DNA of 64,000 bases, from the NCBI RefSeq assembly GCF_964204645.1, contig NC_134031.1, positions 10,044,001 through 10,108,000 of the forward strand, read 5' to 3'. The position numbers were made by a program, and so were the translations under genes. Below are positions 25,431-40,291 of this stretch, piece after piece (the stretch's first letter is position 1; the number at the start of each line of letters is the position of its first letter). This DNA comes from Tubulanus polymorphus. Its lineage: Eukaryota; Animalia; Nemertea. The notes beneath the pieces were generated by a model, which did not search any database, had not been told where the DNA came from, and saw nothing but the letters and a program-made list of their open reading frames with translations.

Positions 25431-26508
25431 AAAACAACTTATGGGATGATGCACTTCCGGGGTGAGTTAAAGGTACGGACAACACTTGTGAGGTTCACTT
25501 TTCTATTCTCGTAAGGGAGTCCTTGTGGGCTTCTGTCCAAAATTAGTGAGTAGTGAGAAGAAAGAAATTGCGAGTTGCACTGACCAAAATATAGAGATGC
25601 AAATTAGACAGAAACAGGATGACAAAGGCCACTGTGCGCCCTCTTATCATTTTGAGAGTCCACCATGATATTTGAGCTGCAAAACCAACACAAAGAAGTG
25701 GTTCACAAGTTCATTTAATGAGCAACCAATATTACTTCTCTTAAAAAACATGTACTTCCTTTCCTGCTGAATTCATCGTTAGCAATCTATAATTTTCCTT
25801 CTAACTGAAACTAAGGTACCTCATGATTTTTCTTTAATCTTAACTAATTATGCGTAGGAAATTGAGATTGTGTAGGAAATACTACCGTCACAATGCAAGT
25901 AACAAGCAGCTGCCTGAAAGAATAAAATTTGCGCAGCAATAAGTATAAGGAGAAAACAGTTAACAAATGAGACCTGTTTATAATGGTCAATTTTTGACTT
26001 AAAGCTTCAGTAACACATTCATGAGACAGCCTGTAGAATTTGAAAAAATACATCCTTACCACTCCAATTGTAACTTAACAATGTTGATAAGTAACATGTT
26101 GAAGACTTAACACAACCAAAGCAATCTTTCAGATTCAAAGTCATATAATCAACAAGTAGAAACATGGAGAATAGATGATATGATAAAAACACACTTTGTA
26201 CGAATTCTTAGATCTAAAATCAAGAATCTATCTAATGAAAAATATATTACCTGCCCCAATCCTGACACCAAGTTTCATATAAATCCATAAATTATTAGAG
26301 GCTGTATCATGCTAACAAAATTGGCTGCCGTAATGGCCATATTTGATGGCTGATGGCCTCCATTTTCATGGGCCAAACCAACTAACTAACTTTCATAAAA
26401 ATGCAACACTTAATTCCAGGTTTTTAAACTATACAAATCAGAACATAGAAGGTCTTTATTTAATCATATAATCCTAATTTTTCTGCATTTTGCAATTTGC
26501 ATTGTTGT

Positions 26509-26739
26509 TCACTTTCTTTTTGATAGTGTCCCTATTACGAGAATGAATGATGTCCTTGTTCTTGTTTTGCTCAATACTTTAGTCGCGTTCTCACAATCAC
26601 TGGCCACAGGGTTTTCACCTGTTTTGAAAAATTCTCGAAAATAATGTTTTAATCCTTTTTCCTCTTCTCGTGTCCAATTTCTTTTCTTTACATGGCACCT
26701 TTTCAGCCAGCACCTCTTTCTTTTTGGGCTGTATAACAT
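26509..26739 (-). pseudogene. Myb/SANT-like coding fragment, probably transposon-derived (possibly Crypton-like)
   Basis: KKRNWTREEEKGLKHYF...NPVASDCE after a tttcag acceptor; frameshifted; not KIFAP3-like. Confidence 0.35.
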
Positions 26740-28978
26740 CTGAAAGAAAGTATATGTTAAGGGAATATCTGGTATATATCCTAGCATTGGCAAGAGAAAC
26801 ATGGCATGCAAAGAAAATCCGTGTGTAATAATTAATTAAGAAGTCTGTAAATTTCCCGGAATTTATATTGGTCATACGAGAAAAGGTGTCTTTTTAGACA
26901 CAAGCTTGAAGTAACTTATGTCCATGGGTTTTGGGTTGCACGTCCAGTAAATTCCAAGGTGCTTATTTTAAGATCTATAAACATATGAGATAATTGTGAA
27001 CTGCTATAGTAACTAATGTCCATCGCTTTTGGGTTGCGTGTCCAGTGATTTCTAAAGTGCATCAAAAGGATCTTTTTAACATGTAAAACAATAGTGGGTT
27101 GCTAAAGTAAGTAATGTCCATCCAGTTCACGCATTCATTGATTCCTGAGGTACTCATTTCAAGCTCTTTAGAAATAATAGTAGGCTGCAATAAGTAATGT
27201 TCATCAGGGACACAAAGACCAACCCGCCATAATATTTAGGCTGGGTACATTTCGCCGCATGACATTTCATTTTCATATCAGATATGGCTTGCGACTGGCT
27301 AATTCTATGTGCAAGACTTAGAAAATTCTAAGAAAAGGTGAAGGAATGGTTTAACGAAAACAGAGCCAAGAGTTCGGTAAAGGGCCGTGCATCAAGTATG
27401 CACCCTAGACGTTTTAACCCCTTCCCCAAGTTCACTCGCTGTATGTTTTTTATAAACCTCCCCTTGCGTACATACTTCTATGATTGACTTTCCTCCATGT
27501 AAAAAAGAATTTTTCATGGCTTAAAAACGGCAAAATTCGGTTTCCTTGGTGTTTCATGCACAAAGTAAGTACTATTAAAATTAACCCCCCCCTTAGAAAA
27601 ACACATTAGCCCCCCTTAGAAAAGTATGTACGCTTTGAGCTCACCGCTCACTTCCCCCTATATATGGCAATACACCTAACCCCCATAACCCTAAGCATCT
27701 TGCTTCGTTAGAAGCAAGAACAATGGTTGGCAGGAAAAAATTCCTCAGATAAATTTTTCATCAAATCAAGAATAAATTGTATGAATAGAATTTAAATTGG
27801 ACTATTCTGTTGAACAAATACTGATTGAATTTGAATTTCCAGACCTGCTGCTTCAAGACTAAGATAATTTCTTACGAATACTTCATAAACATTTGCCAAA
27901 ACTTAACCTCTACCATCTAGATAATGTAACTCAAATCCTGAATTACAGTGATAGAGGATTTAAAACGATCACATAGGACGCCATCGGACGACTTAAAGGA
28001 TGTCACCCAGACCAGGAATGCACTGGGATGAAAGTTATCTCAGTGTTGACAACTAGGCCTATTTTTAGTTGCATCCAACTAGAAAGATTGTTTCTTAATT
28101 AAATTTTGAAAAACAAACACTACAGCAAAAGAAATATTAAGGAAAACACTGACCTTTTCAATAATAACTTACCTTGAAATGACACCATATTGAAAATCTA
28201 CGGGGTTCACAAGGAAATCGCATTTCATGGCAAGTAGCCAATGAATACACAGCATTTTATGAATAGGGCCTTTTGATTGGTTATTGTTGAAATTAATGCA
28301 TCAGTGAGCACTAGATGTCATTACCTCCACATACAGTAATGCACCATGGATGAAATGTGTCCATGGACATCTGATGTCCTTCATTAACCATTGCATGTCA
28401 ATCAATATCCACATGAATTATGAGGTGTGATGACTGTTTCACTTGTTACACCCCAGAAGTGATATTTTTTGTCCAACCACTGTGTCAATAATGAGGTGCA
28501 CCTCTCATTGAAAATTCACCCCACAAGTGTATACACGTTCTTGTGTGTCAACCCACAAGTGTTGAGGCGTGAGAACAGACGGACGATGGACGAAAAGTGA
28601 ACGCAATTGCCCGCTGGGACTTAAGTCCTAAGTGGGCTAAATTTTGGTCAGTGTGAACTTTTAATGATAACTGAGTTTTAACGAAAATGAAATCTTCGAA
28701 AAATTGATTATGGGCCTTTTGTCTGAACAAATGTTCATAATTGTAATACATCCCTTGAATGATGTAAAACAACTAAAACTATGAGTGACCCGATTACGAT
28801 ACAGTACAAATTTGGTGACAGCCTGGGTTTCATCGGAGGTTTTTTTCATTTTTATCATACGGACCAATCAGGACAGAAGCTCCCAAGTTCTTCAAATTTG
28901 AGGCCAGTGCCGGTTACTGACGAAACAAAGTTTATCGACTGACATGATTTTTAATAGTTTTACGATAGGATTGCTTAA

Positions 28979-29961
28979 CCCTTAAAATACCACTACCATA
29001 TGGCATACGGTACAAATTAACAAGCTAGCATACTCATACCGTATGTGATACGGTATCACTTAACCCATCTTCTAGAAGGGCATATCTATCAGTATCAGCC
29101 GGTGCTGCCATCTGCATAAAATCAAAGATGGCAACAGCCAGGAAAAAACAATTTGGCTGGATGAAACGGTTCAGCAGCTCGTATATGATGCTGACAGTAA
29201 TGCTGGTGACTTGGAATTTGGTAGTGAACAAATTGAGAGTGACAACGAATATGACAGCAGCAGTTCAGATGATGAGACTTAGTCAGAAAATAGGTTTATA
29301 TTGCCGGCTATGATTTTGATGATGAAAATGAAATCAGTGACAATTTTTTTAGACCCTGTTGATACGGTTGTCATGGCAACGGACACCAATAACAATAATG
29401 AAGAACCATAAACTGTCCATCCTCAAGGTCACATATATCAAAATAATTTGTCTTATTTGTAAGCCCAATGGTTATCAACACCATGGTATACAGTGTATCA
29501 GTGTAACAATTTTCTGAGGCCTGAAATTATACCCCAATGAAACCCCTTACATCTGGCCTTCCGACATACATATCATGGTAAATGAGTGGAAAAATAAATT
29601 TTTTAGTTGTTCTATTGCTTTGAAATTTTTACTACATAAAGTAAGGATATATGGCATACAATTCCAGTTGGAATTGAATAGATCAGTGCATTTTGCTGGG
29701 AGACAGAGCAGTTTATCTGAAACTTTATCGTGAATTTTTTTCATGGCGCCCATCTTGGAGTATGTGACCTTGACCTCAAGTTCACTTATATCCAAATTAT
29801 TTATGTCTACATTGTTGGCTCAAAAGTTATCAACAACATGCAATATAAATTTTCTGTGTCAGATACCTTGGTAACTATTCTATGAAGTTTCAAATATACC
29901 CCTATAAACCCCTAAATTCCCTCCGGTACAGCAGCGGAGACACTATGTGGTATTGAAAGGG
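28979..29961 (+). mobile_element. Non-autonomous piggyBac-like element
   Basis: TTAA|cccttaaaataccac...gtggtattgaaaggg|TCAA; acidic Ser/Asp-rich transposase-like N-terminal remnant from ATG 29128. Confidence 0.75.
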
Positions 29962-30905
29962 TCAAGTAGCTTACATCTTCACTCAGACAACTCGTTGTTA
30001 CGTGCCACCTACACCGTGGCGCGTGTACTCTAACTGATACATACACAGTGAACGCAAGAGTGTAAGGCTATATTGCCTATGCGACTGTACACGACTGTTT
30101 TCAATGCGAACGCTCCACTGTGCCGCAGTTAACAACCTAATATTATAATCAGGCTCCAAAACGGATCGCCAACGCGAATGTTAATAAAGTGACTTCAATT
30201 AATGATGATAAAACAAGTATTCCAGTCGTGTAAATATCAGACTCATCTCAAAAATCGATGCTATCAGTAAATCAGCCGTGTGGCGAACACAGAAGTAAAT
30301 TTCCGCATTTTGAAACCACATTTTCGTCAGATATCTTGATGCAACGTTACCTTATGCATATCAAAACTAGATGAATCATCAAACAAATCACACACAATAA
30401 ATAGTTATATCATACGCCTTGAATATCAGTATTCGCGCTAGAAATGATGAATATCAACCTATCCAATCGTGCCGCCATTGTGTTTGTGACATAACATGCA
30501 CCAGCAATGTACCCCTCGTCTTTGAAAGCCCATTACTACCGAACCAAGCTCGAATCTTGGCGATAAAAAGTTCTTCCGACGCAAATAGCATTGAATTTTA
30601 ACATGTGTTATTTTGACAGTTAAAGATGCTGCATAACAAGAGATCCACGGATCTTAATATCTCGGGCGCAGAATGTTATCTTTGTAATGTATAGGCGCCA
30701 TCTGATTGATGCATCTTTAAGGTTTTCCTTGAACACTTCATGGATGTGTAAAATCTGCTGATTTCGGTGAACAACATCATCGAAATCTAATCAGCAATCA
30801 TCGCGGCAATATGGCAAGTTCTTGAATTAATCATTTGATGGCACTAGTCAGAACCGGAAATGGAACCTAAATCCGCCATGCTCCAGTTCATTTGCAATGA
30901 AAATC

Positions 30906-31521
30906 TCTCGCTTCAAGTTTTCAATCAGCGATATTCTACTTACTATATATCGTCACGCGTAATCCTTTAAATATGATAACCTACCGTTATGATGGATATG
31001 ATAAAACCTCACTGCAAATGCTAGAAATCACTATAAGTGTCCTAAAATTATCAAAAAACATTTTGCAACGGCTGAAGATGTAAAGACTGGTTGCCAGGTA
31101 TCACATGGTGGCAGCACTTGACGATTGCTGGTTTGGCACTCCAATTTCGATTGCTGGTTCGAGTCCTGGTATTTTTCATATTTTTATTACGAATCTACAA
31201 GTGTAGTCCTTCAAAAATCAATTCTATTTCATAATATTATTTCATATTAATCAGTGTAGCCTGCAATAAATTCACCTTAAGAGTCTTGAACTCAACAACA
31301 AAGTGATGACACCCGGCACCAGTCATTACATCCGTTAGCTGCTTCGAGCGTCATCGCTAAATTTGTGATTTTTGGTAGTTTTTTTTACATTTCTAGTGAT
31401 CTTTAGCGTTCAAAGTGAGGTTTTATCAAATTCAACACATTGTCAGGATATCATACTGAAAGGATTATGCGTGCCGTTGTATAGTAAGTAAAATATCGCT
31501 ATTTAAAAACTTGAAGCGAGA
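30906..31521. mobile_element. MITE with ~130-bp imperfect terminal inverted repeats
   Basis: tctcgcttcaagtttt...gataaaacctcact...ctagaaatcacta is inverted as tagtgatcttta...agtgaggttttatc...aaaacttgaagcgaga. Confidence 0.75.
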
Positions 31522-32345
31522 CGAGGTTTGGGCCTATTCGATTGTGCGCGCATAATCTTCCGTGAAGTAGCGTATCGATTGAATCTTCGGTTATTTGCAT
31601 AATGAAATAGATATGGAGAGACGGAATCGATACTACGGCTATCAAATTAAAAATAAACATATAAGACTCTCCCATGACTGGGAAATGAGAAACTAGAACC
31701 GAGCAGATTAATAGATGAGATGATTAAAAGACCGGTTTGTCTGCGTCAATCGAATATGCCCTTACATTGATTGACAGCGGGAGCTCAGCCAAACGCAGGG
31801 AGCAGTTATTTTACTTCAATGTAACGTTGTACGTCGGCCTTCTAGCCGTTTTATGAAACAAAATGCTCCTTGAAATTTCTTGAAAAATCGCCACAAATTC
31901 GTCGATTTCTCTTAAATGTACGCAATATTCAAAATTCCATTTCCAACAGATTTTAGCCGCATGATCAAGCTACATTTTGCGCATAAACATAGTAGATTGC
32001 ATGACTTTGTGTAAAAGTTATAACCTCATTTGTCAGCAAAAATTCGATTTTTGGACCCATTACAACATCTCGGGCTTCGCCCGAGATAAAAAAAACATGC
32101 ATAAATCAAATTTTTTAATCTTTTTGATAAATTTCTCAAAAAATATGAAACCCACGGCTGTCAACTTTGCGCACCATTAAGAAAAAAGAAAAAAGTAGAA
32201 ATATATTTTTGCTTAATCCGTTCAATTCGCCCATTAGTAGTGAAATTACAGTCTACTAAAATTAGCTTTGAGGGTAGTGTATTAAGCATACAAATGATTA
32301 TCGATCGGCCAGACAGTTGACATAGGCAAAAATTGATCGTTCAAC

Positions 32346-32870
32346 TCACTCTCCTTCACGAAGAAATATAACACACGTAACAATTTTTCTAGACTTTGTT
32401 CCCCCACACGAAATGTTAGCACAATCTTTTTTGAACATCTTTTTGAAAAGTCGTGTAGCATGATCTGATACTGCAAAAGCTGTGTTGTGTTTCAACCAAA
32501 AATTAATAAACATCACCTCCGCCCTTAGGTTGACCAATTATTCTGCTGTTGGACTTGGAGTATTTGATGTGAAATAGCGAGTGATTTTAGACGATTTTAG
32601 ATTTTTGCCTTAGCTTCGTGACTTTTGCTTTCCTTACAATGTTTCCTGACATCCGTCAGCTTACCATGTGTAACAAGAAAATCAAGGTTACAGACAGTAC
32701 TCAATGCATAACTATTTGATATTTGAGATGGAAAAATGCATGGATAGTTGGACATTTATTCTGCTTAGAATTTTTGATTAGCGACACGGGCTTTTTTCAC
32801 GCTCGAGCGTAGTTTTTTCACCACTTCCGTAGCACCAGAGTTCTACTGGTGTTACTGCAGCAAATTCCGC
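32346..32870 (-). pseudogene. hAT-like transposase N-terminal remnant
   Basis: VCNLDFLVTHGKLTDVRKH (BED-like) and AEVMFINFWLKHNTAFAVSDHATRLFKKMF...SCGGTKS. Confidence 0.7.
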
Positions 32871-33309
32871 CGAAATCGGAGACATTGGCAGCCGTGAATG
32901 GCTAAAGCAAAAGTCCATGAAAAATGCAGCAAAACCATCATTGCTTGCCTTGGCTTTAAAGATAATTATGGAACAGGCCTAACTGTCCTACCAAAAATTA
33001 TGCCTGTGGAGAACACTGCTTCATGCCATATTTAATACTTGCACCAAGTTTCATCAAAACACAACTACAGATTTACGAGGAATCGCTGCGCAATATCTAC
33101 TACATGAAAAGATGGATGCCCCAATGGACAGGCGAAAGAGCTCATTACAGTATTCGTTGCGGGGTAAAACTGTACTTTTTACAGATGAACGAAAGATGGA
33201 TGGATGAAGAGCGAATGTAGTAGCCCACCTGGGCTTCACCCTTGATGGGCTGACAGAGAACATTGCCTTGTAGCTTTTTTGATACTTCGGTTCTTTTTTT
33301 TAAGTGTTA

Positions 33310-33510
<201 letters not shown>

Positions 33511-34176
33511 CTAAAATTAGCATCAAAATTCTTAGAATAAGCATCAAAATATCTAGCTATCAAGTGAGTTCAATGTGAATCCTTACTAGAGGACCAAAGG
33601 TCTTGTCCTCTCAAGATCTGGTTTTCACAATGTTTCCATATATTACTACTCTTTTAATTATGCATATTTTTCAACTTTTACAAGTGCCCTGGGGCAGGCC
33701 GGACCTTCATCCATTGTCTTCATAGACGGTATACCGATTGCAAAGATACAATATATGCTACACCGTGAAATTGCATTTTTCAACTAACACACAATAGTCG
33801 GCAGAAACACATTTTCACATCGGTTAGTATTTTCCTAGTTTACTGCATTGAATTGAATAAGCCCTATTTTTTTGGCTGATTGAAATTCAATGTAACTGGC
33901 GGCTTCAAGATTTAATTATATTAATACGACTCTTATGGCTTCATAGCGGTTTCTGAAACTAAAGTGGTATCATTTATAGCGTGTAACCTGACAAAAACAA
34001 AATTTGGGAGTAGGATATGGTTTAATTATGAAGTTGTAAGTTGAAAAACCCACATAAAAATGGGGAAACCCCAAAGAAACGAAGGCCAAAGGCCACTTGT
34101 ACCGGAGCGATAATGCAAAGAAGATGTAAGCTATTTTCAAGTTGCACAGAAGCAATTATAGACAACTGCAGGATAG

Positions 34177-34920
34177 AACAAGAGCCCCAAGGGGCACTAT
34201 GGCCAGCCTATCAGATTTTTATAAAATGGCAAATGATGCATTCTGTGGGTTAAATTTGTGTAAAAACATGCCCAGCTCGGATAGACTAGTCAATCCCAGG
34301 CTAATAATTTACACCATTCAATCGTGTTTTCATAAGTAGCATGGACAGCGACTGGAGCTGGCAGGAACAAATACCTCAGATCAATCTTTTCCCATGGTCT
34401 TATTGATTTGAATGCGGAATAGAATTGAATTTTCTGAAATTTGCTCCATAAAACAAAATTGAATTGGATTTAGTGCTTAACCTTGTTCGATAAAGTAAAA
34501 TTGAATTGGATTTGATATTTTTTGCAGAATAAAATTTGATTGAATTTGCAGTTTGCGCACATGGCTAAGTAGCATATCATGGTCATCCATCCGATTTGAG
34601 AAAAGCTATTTTTCCCCGGACTCTGCACAATTGTCAATTATATTTTCTGTAGTGCAAATAAAAATATTCCTCCCAAAAACCAAATCAACAAAAGATTTCA
34701 CAGAAATCGATATTGAAATACAATTTTAGACCTTAAAATAAAACCCTGAAGTAAACAGTAGATGAGACCGCGGGTTCACGTGAACACCTGCACATCTCTG
34801 CGGCTAAGCCAATCATAGAGGAGTCCTTGCTTTCTGATTGGCTTTTTAAAACAGTAATTTATGCGATCAGATTTTCGCGGAAAAGCTCATATAAATTTAA
34901 ACGAGGCCCTCTTTCAGAAT
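34177..34920 (-). mobile_element. HINE family A, left part (right part at 42569-42725)
   Basis: Colinear with 14011-14730; the remainder (...taggctcagcctatggctggccta) resumes right after 42568. Confidence 0.82.
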
Positions 34921-35582
34921 TGAAAGGCTGAATCCAAGAACATGTCTATCGCACTTTTGAGCCCAAACGTCAGACTTTTACTTAGTAGCCACTTGAGAAC
35001 AATAAGCAATTAACGATATCAGCCACTTTCCAGTAGCATACATTTCAAAACAGTCACTCCGAAATAGTATTCCTTTCAATTCAGTCGGTTTTATATAGTG
35101 GCTGTTTCGAAGAGTCTACTTTAGAAAAGTGACCATTTTAAAACATCTGGTTTCGATAGTGCACACTTGCAGTAGAGGTGACTGTAAAACCACCCGTCTG
35201 TAAACAGTGACTTTGTGATAGTAACTCCTACCATAGCAGCTACTCTGAAAACACATCGTTCCTAAAAGTCAACTATTGAAAAGTGACCATTTTGAGATGG
35301 CTTGGAAATTTCCTGTTCAAAATAGCAGCATCTGTTAAAGATTTGCAGCGATACGTGACAGGTACCGTTAAACCCTATATGCTTTGTATACAGAACTCTG
35401 TATGCTTTGAATACAGGTCTGTGAATAGAAAATCAAAGTTTTTGAGTTGCTAAGAATCCCCTAATTTATATTACGCTCAACAAAATGGCAATATACAATA
35501 GGAAAACTATTGATTTATATAACATCATCATAGATTAAATCCATTAATATTAATACATATTGTATAGTGCCAGTCCTAATTT

Positions 35583-35882
35583 CAGGGGCGGATCCAGGGG
35601 CATGTTGTGACCATGTCAACCAATAAAAGGGGCATATATTCTTAATTTAGGGCGGAAAGGCATATCAGCAAAATTTTTGAAATTTTACTATCATTTTAGA
35701 GCTTTCTGAGCATCTGAGAGGCATTAAGTCAAGAAACATAGGTTATATATCTAGGAAAAATATCTATAGTGTGTATCGGGTGGTTATTACGGCAAATTTT
35801 GATGCAGAGAAAAAAATAAAAAGGCACTTGAAATTCCGACCGTGTCGCCCGACACGGTCCACACGGTCTAACTCCGCCCCTG
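35583..35882. mobile_element. CAGGGGCGGA-ended MITE with 5-bp TSD
   Basis: TIR caggggcgga / tccgcccctg; aattt on both flanks. Confidence 0.85.
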
Positions 35883-38221
35883 AATTTAGAATTTTAAGAT
35901 TTTTGTTTTAGATTTGCGATTATAAAACATTATGGTGCGTTCATTAATCTTTGATTTTGTAGAAAATATAAAAGAATAAATTTGTCTTCTAGGCTTAGTT
36001 TGTTTATAAGGATATATGAGAGAGGAATATACAAATGAAATCATATGTTCATAAAATTAATTACGTCCTATTTATCTCATTATCTGGATGAAGACTACAC
36101 AAAATATTCCGAAAAATGCTTAGAATAAACCTTGAATTTATTGTTTACATTGATACAAATGATTTTTAAGTAATCCATGCTATGTTCACTTTGTCACGCT
36201 GTTCTCTGCTTGTTCGTTAATGAATATTGAATCATTATTGCTTGCTAGTAGTGATTCCCTGATCAAATAATTATACAGTTTGGTTGAAATGAATTACAAA
36301 CTTATTATAAAAGATCACACGATTAGGGTATAAAAGAACGGTGTTGAGATTTTCTCGTAGTTTTGCAATCAGCTTTTTCATTTGATAGAGAAAACTTTGT
36401 TTGGCTTAAGAAGTGAAAGAAATGTGATAGGCTATAATTTCAGTTTTATATACTTTCCTACTCTGTTGAGTAAATTATTTATATGGGTTATCAATAATTT
36501 GCCACAGACAAAGTGGTTTACCTCTCTACTATTGAGAAGAACGTACAATTATACATGTATTCATTTTGATTTCCACTTGCATTGTTGCTGCTAGTTTTGG
36601 TTTAGATATGTCCAGAAAACTATAAGGGCTCTGGGAAGCATGACACAAAATTTGATATTGGCTGTGTTTTGGCAATTCTTTGTATTTAACACAAAAATCC
36701 ATTAAGCCAATTGAACAGTTCCAAAATTCTCATTTTAGGCCTACCAGCTCATTTTCTTCCTGATGAATGTGGCAATATTTTCCTATAGGTTTAGATTTTG
36801 TTCAATGCTCTATCCAATCATTCCAGCCTTGAATGCAGAGAGGCCTAAAGTCTATCCCAGTGGTTATGATCGCGGTGCATCAAACAGTTCATATCATCGC
36901 AGATCTGGAACCCTGTGGTTTCTATGTGCTCAACCCTGCAAGTAACTGAGGTCAGGCAACTACTACATTCAAGAGTGAATAATACTTAAGTTTTCCCATC
37001 CTGGTCATTCACTTCTCTTTATTCCTCTAGATTTGGTTTTTTCTTGTATATTCTCAAAGAGAATTACTTAAAATGTATTTAAGCATGGAATTTCGTGGAT
37101 TAATTTCTTATTTTGTGCGCTTTACAAAGCTAGACATGCGCAAATATGTTAACAAATGACTATTTGTGGATTTGATTATTATCTCATGATTCGTACGTAC
37201 TGTGTTGCTATTTTGCTTAAACACCGTCCAAATATAATGTTTCAACTTGAAAATTAGTTCTGACACTTTCTTATGTAAACATTGACTTTGGTATCCTCGG
37301 AAAATATTCACTCTTGAATGCAATTAGACTTCAAAACTAATTTTTCCTTGCTAATTTCTTCATTTTCTTAGTGTAAGCTTCGAAAAGTTTTGCTCTTTAT
37401 TCACTCTTGCCTGTTACTATAGTAACAAGCAGCTGGGGTCCAGGGAGTCAGGGATGCTCATGGTGAGTTTGACCACTTACAGCTGTCAGTATCAATTAAA
37501 TTGTTGTTGATACTGGCTCTTTGAGAGTGGAAATGCCGCGATCATAACCGGATAGACTTTAGATGATGAGACAGCACAAAAACTCATCAGAAAGTGACAA
37601 ACAATGATTAATTGACGTTCTGAAATTGCCATATAATAAATTTTTAGAACAAATAAGCATTGAATATTTTATCATACGGGAGTCTCCTGCAATTTTGAGG
37701 TCTCTAAAAAATTTCAAGCTCGAACATTCCAAACTGAATATTATCTGAAAATAGATCAAAATTTAGTTCAAAAACAGAAAATGTCAAAACTTTATTGGCC
37801 GTTCTAGAAGATCTAAAAACCTTTTGAGTATGTCGAATTAAGTGGAGTAAATATACATTATTGTTATGGTTTTACGTCAAGGAGCGATTTTACCAGACCT
37901 TGACTAAGTTATATAATATTTTAAGGTTACCTTAAAATATTAATGTAAGTATCCATCGACAAAGTATCTAACGAAATTAAAAGAGGGACACAGTTATTTA
38001 TAGTTGCCACAGAAATAGTTCAAATGATTATCCACGACAATAAAGCGTTCCTAATAAAGCTTATTTCAATTAAAAACTTCTTAATTAGGAACAGACAGCG
38101 TATGACAGTATTTATAATACCCGCTAGGAGAGCGCAGTAGTGCAACGCACGGTTATACGTGAAAACAGAGTATACATACACTTTTCCATGCACTGCAGTG
38201 TGTATGTACGTACGTTAGATA

Positions 38222-38812
38222 CCGTATTTTCCGGCCAATAAGCCGAGGGCAGTTTTTTAGCCTAAAATACATGGATTTCATAAAGCTTCGCAAAATAAGC
38301 CGAGGCCCATCATCAGAGATTTTAATTCACTGATTTGTCAATAAGTTCGTCTTAATTGACGATTTAAGAGGCTGACAGTGTGTGAGAGTGCTGTGTATAC
38401 TATGCCGAGTGACTGTGCTATATATAGACTCACTCAGCTGTTTACTATACACACAGCCATGCACGCAGTACGCGGCTCACTGCTGATTTGCATATATACT
38501 AATGTATGAACTGACACGTGGTAGTACGATGAACTCGCGCGTTATATAAATGTATACCATTGCCACTGTGCAGTGATGGAACAATCAAAGTAAAAATAAA
38601 ATAGTTCAAAATAGATTATAATTGGTAGTAAATAATGACCTCAAATAAATATCGACCACTTTTCTTGATTTTGACGATCATTGAGAGCATTAGAGTGGCA
38701 TAGATCGTAAAGCGATTTTTTATGTCAGATCGTATCCGCCCCATAAGCCTATCACGATAATTTGGGTAAAAATCTGAGGCTAGAAAATCGGCTTATTGGC
38801 CGGAAAATACGG
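38222..38812. mobile_element. Tc1/mariner (Tc2/pogo-like) MITE
   Basis: Perfect TIR ccgtattttccggccaataagccga / tcggcttattggccggaaaatacgg; TA on both sides. Confidence 0.9.
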
Positions 38813-40221
38813 TATATGGATTACATACCAGCTGATTTACGTAGTGCACGAATTTTAACGTGTATGCGCTGTTAGGCGAAGGATGCCAATATACAGCAAA
38901 AACATCGGCAAGCACACTAATTAGCCTACGGCAATAGCAAATGAAAAAGCGCACACAACTGTGTGGAACCAATTAACTCTCATTTCAACAAAAACGATGC
39001 CAAACATTTGTCGACTGCCTCTCTCCAAAAACGCCAGGTCTGGGACTTGCGCCATCGTATATCACTCTTTCAAAGAAAGAATGTATTTTGTACGAGTCGG
39101 TCAAAATAAGACAATGACAAGACAAAGCAGGGCTAGGACTATAGAAATTGCTACACTTATTAAGTTCGAGATACTAAATTAGAAAGCTGACTCTATTATA
39201 ATCCTCACAACAGAACAAACTAACAGCAAACTAAGCTCGGCACGAATATAAAATGAATCGCTCGCCATTTTGTGACTCCCAAAATTACGTCAGAGGTGCC
39301 GAAATTCCCGGAAATTCCGAGAATTTTCTGTTTTTACGTCGGAAACTCAAATATAGGTCAACACAAGAAAAATATTGTATCATCCGTTCGAAGCTTACCG
39401 GCCTGACCTCCGCGCATCAATTCTACTTGCTTCACGATTAAAAGACAATCCATAAGTATTACCATTAAATTTTGTGCCGCGATTTAACGTACTCTTGGCA
39501 AACTGCCAATCAACAGCCATAACATAGGTAAACCAAAAACCCAGCAGCAGCTATCAGTCAGCAGGTCACTTACACTGGCTAACTAGACAGTGTTTGATGA
39601 ACAAATGAACAAACTGCATTGGCCACCAAAAGACCACAATCCAAAAGTTTTACCTCTTAGTAGTAATAAACTTAGCACCGCAATATCTCTACTTGACTTT
39701 ATTTCAAGCTGCCAATAAAATAATACGCCAAAATGTACAATGTTTGAACTTCGCTGAATCGATGAACCAATGAATCGCTGAATTATAAGATAATTATCAG
39801 TTTTTCCAACTAACCTCTTTTTCACAAATTGGCGTAAAATAATAACTACTAATATGTGGCACCATATTCGACGACAGAAGTGCATTCAGAGTAAGAATAA
39901 CGTTACCAATACTTGAATTTGGAAGCGAATGCGGGCTAGAACCAACAGAGGTACCGATTTAAGGTGCAGATATACAGGGAATCCCTATCATAGCAACCAA
40001 CATGGTTGTAAATTGCTTCCGTGCCGAAAAGTGAATAATTTTCGACCTGAACGACTACAAGACCCGAAGAAGTAGAATAAAATACTCTAATCCGTTAACT
40101 GTAAATAAATGAAATTTATCAAAGTTAAATCATGAAATTTATCAAAGTTAAACCACTCCGTTTTGGCTGTTGACTGACAGCCATCTGACTAAAAACCCTT
40201 CTCACTAGGAATGCCTACATT

Positions 40222-40263
40222 CCACCTGATGATAGCTGTTAGTCAACAGTCGAAACGTTGTGG
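40222..40263 (+). ncRNA. Minimal type I hammerhead ribozyme, Penelope-like
   Basis: ccac-CTGATGA-ta-gctgtt-agtc-aacagt-c-GAAA-cgtt-gtgg: stem I ccac/gtgg, stem II, palindromic acgt stem III; a degenerate inverted copy lies at 40151-40187. Confidence 0.6.
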
Positions 40264-40291
40264 TTTCACCTCAACAAATTTTATCATATTC

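Noticed and set aside
27381-27640. PIF/Harbinger-like MITE
   Set aside because: Left end resembles such TIRs, but no matching right TIR or TSD could be confirmed.
31088-31170. Possible tRNA gene (ggttcgagtcc B-box)
   Set aside because: No convincing cloverleaf; lies inside a MITE. At most a degenerate tRNA-derived piece.
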